Both the position numbers and the translations under genes were made by a program. Positions 61,313 to 64,000 of a stretch of DNA of 64,000 bases are shown here, one piece after another. This DNA is from Octopus sinensis (taxonomy: Eukaryota), in NCBI RefSeq assembly GCF_006345805.1, contig NC_042999.1, positions 8,990,001 to 9,054,000 on the forward strand. Direction: 5' to 3'. Each line of letters starts with the position of its first letter. Position 1 is the stretch's first letter. Below the pieces are notes generated by a model. That model was not told the origin of the DNA. It saw only the letters and a program-made list of their open reading frames with translations, and did no database searches.

Positions 61313-62621
61313 AAACTACTGATCTAATCAAATCGAATGTTGCCTCGGTTACTCTTTGATCTCTGGATGGTTTACTTATCAGCACTTCTGATTTAGGATC
61401 TGGATATGTAACTATTTCTTGTTTATGTCCATGAAATGCCTTTGCTCGCAAATCTTTTTATTTATATACTCCTAGGTTCAGTTTTTATATCCATATACCT
61501 TGCGTTGCATTTCTTCCCTAGCTAAAGTCACATAGCTTATGATAATATGTTAATAGGTACCACACTTTTAAGGGACTTGATATGGGGCAGGATGTTATTT
61601 TATTCGGAAGAGCTCCGTATGTTATCTTAACTCTGTCTGGAGATATATTTCTGAATTTGTATATTTACTGTAATTGCTGCTTCTTCTAAAAGACTGTGGA
61701 ATGCCAGGAATAGTAAGGAGCCAGACTTTATGCCTAAAAGAGTTCACTTTTGTCCATTAACTTTCAGAATTCAAATAAGACTGCTATAGTCTATGCTTCA
61801 TTCTTCTTAGCTGAATGTAAAAAAGCAGCAATATCGGAAGTAGTAGTCAGACATTATGTACATATTTTCTATTTTCTTTCGTTTTTTGTGTGTGCAGTAC
61901 AATACCATTCAAAACAAAATAGTTTCTTTGCCGATTATATGAGACTCTCTGATAATAAAATCCTCATATAGATGCTATTCTTTCCTAGAAACCATTACAA
62001 CTACAATTTTCGACTAAAAATATTTTGGTATTTTGTATTTTAAAGATTTGGAAACTGCCTTCTACTTTAAGAATTTGGTGGTCGATTTTTGATAAATTTT
62101 ATTAAAATATTATTGGTATTTTATTTTGCGAATTCTAAATTTTTATCGAGGTATCGACTTATTGATGGGAATTTAGCTCATATCCATTGATTAAAGACAT
62201 GGTTCTCTATTTTATGATTAATGATAATTTAATAATGTCTGTCTTTATATTTATTATAGTTCTACTTCAATACTTGAAGATGTTGTTCTGAATTTTAGAA
62301 GAATACCATTTTACCGAAGTGTGCTGACACTTTATAATTTCCGAATATATACAATTATGTTTTTTTCTTACATCAAGTCTCAAGCGTTCTTGCTTTCCGC
62401 TCTTTCCCTTCTGCCCTCTCTCGCTCACTCTTTCTCTTTCATTCTCCCTCTCTCTCTCTCTCTCTCTCTCCCCCCACACACACACATGCTCTCTCTCTCT
62501 CTTTCTCTCTCTCCCCCTCTCTCTCTCTTTCTGTCTATCTCCCTACCTCTCTCTATATTCATGACATGATTCTGCATGCATTTAAGCAGTATGTACGTGT
62601 TGAAAGTGCGAACCTGTATAT

Positions 62622-62824
62622 ATACTCTTTACTCTTTTACTTGTTTCAGTCATTTGACTGCGGCCATGCTGGAGCACCGCCTTTAGTCGAGCAAATCGAC
62701 CCCGGGACTTATTCTTTGTAAGCCCAGTACTTATTCTATCGGTCTCTTTTGCCGAACCGCTAAGTGATGGGGACGTAAACACACCAGCATCGGTTGTCAA
62801 GCAATACTAGGGGGACAAACACAG

Positions 62825-62871
<47 letters not shown>

Positions 62872-63047
62872 CATATATACGACAGGCTTCTTTCAGTTTC
62901 CGTCTACCAAATCCACTCACAAGGCATTGGTCGGCCCGGGGCTATAGCAGAAGACACTTGCCCAAGATGCCACGCAGTGGGACTGAACCCGGAACCATGT
63001 GGTTGGTTAGCAAGCTACTTACCACACACCCACTCCTGCGCCTATTC
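62622..63047 (-). mobile_element. SINE family B, near-consensus
   Basis: Full-length match to 1294-1696 and 5628-6038. Confidence 0.88.
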
Positions 63048-64000
63048 CTTTTTTTTATGAAAGTCGTTTAATGACACCGGAAGAAGCTTCTCTATGCTAA
63101 ATTTTGAGTAGGCGTAGTTTATTTGACGTGAAGAAAATGAATGGAAGTTAAATAATGCCACAAATGATATTCCTTGCATAATAACAACAACGAATATTGG
63201 AAATGGTTTACTTAATCGTTCTTGAAGAGAAAATGACGAAGCGAGGAAATCTCGCAATCACTGGAAATAATTTATTGAGATAGCAAACAAAGTACAAACA
63301 CAAAAGTACAAACAGATTGGGTTCGCAAGCACGATGGCATCGTATTTAGAATGGAAAACGCTTAGTTGTGAAGAGCTTGGTTTCCCCTATAGATATTACT
63401 AAATGAATTACAAAGATTTCAACAAGCAATCGACAGGAGCGGAAATTAATTCTTTATCAGCATCCGGGGATTTATTGCTTGTCTATTATAGCAGAATCTT
63501 TAAGTAGGAATGGTATAGTTGTGTGGAGTAGTGAGTTAATAGGAGGTCACCGCTGTGAACACTTTGGTGAATTTAGTTCCAGTAACACGCATTCTGAGTT
63601 TGTAGTCTCCTAAAGTGCAGTTTACCATGTGCGGATTAAATAATTAAAAAAGTTTAGCTATAGATAAGTTAGTATTAACGTATTTACGGGAAATGTTATC
63701 AAACTAGAAATAGATATTTGGTAAGAAAATATAAATATTAACCAAATGGCATAATTTTATTTTAATATCATTTATATTTTCCAAGCAAATACGAGACACA
63801 ATTTCGCGAAGGTTTTCGAATTAATTTTGATTTTGCAAGTGAAGCGTTGCTTTCACCATTCTTCTAGTTGTAATGTTTGAGTGATTCACTCTGTAAATAA
63901 CGGAAATTCTTCGTTTAGTGGCGAAGTAAGTTTGAAATATTTAGGAATTAAATTATACGCTGATGCTATTTTGTCTAGTCGTTATATAATTGTAAATAAC

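Noticed and set aside
60420-61980. Microsatellite-poor stretches as old LINE coding relics
   Set aside because: Manual translation gave no recognisable motif.

Overview
AT-rich, repeat-saturated animal DNA. The SINE families and microsatellite load suggest an octopus genome; this is my inference and was not checked against a database. The only host-gene sequence I can support is one + strand coding exon of a globin (about 18281-18438). It ends at the conserved B12.2 intron position, and I found no next exon, so the remaining ~45 kb is probably one large intron. The rest of the window is mobile and repetitive DNA: three abundant tRNA-headed SINE families, decayed LINEs (CR1, RTE with C2H2 fingers, R4/Dong-type endonuclease tails), two non-autonomous Helitrons, a 39-bp tandem array and many microsatellites. 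The least expected signal is about ten minimal type I hammerhead ribozyme motifs of several unrelated families, mostly inside Penelope-style inverted or tandem repeats. One of these repeats is a tRNA-headed, hammerhead-tailed fold-back element (3500-4035). Several long palindromes also occur. All RNA folds and alignments were done by eye, and most repeat boundaries are approximate.
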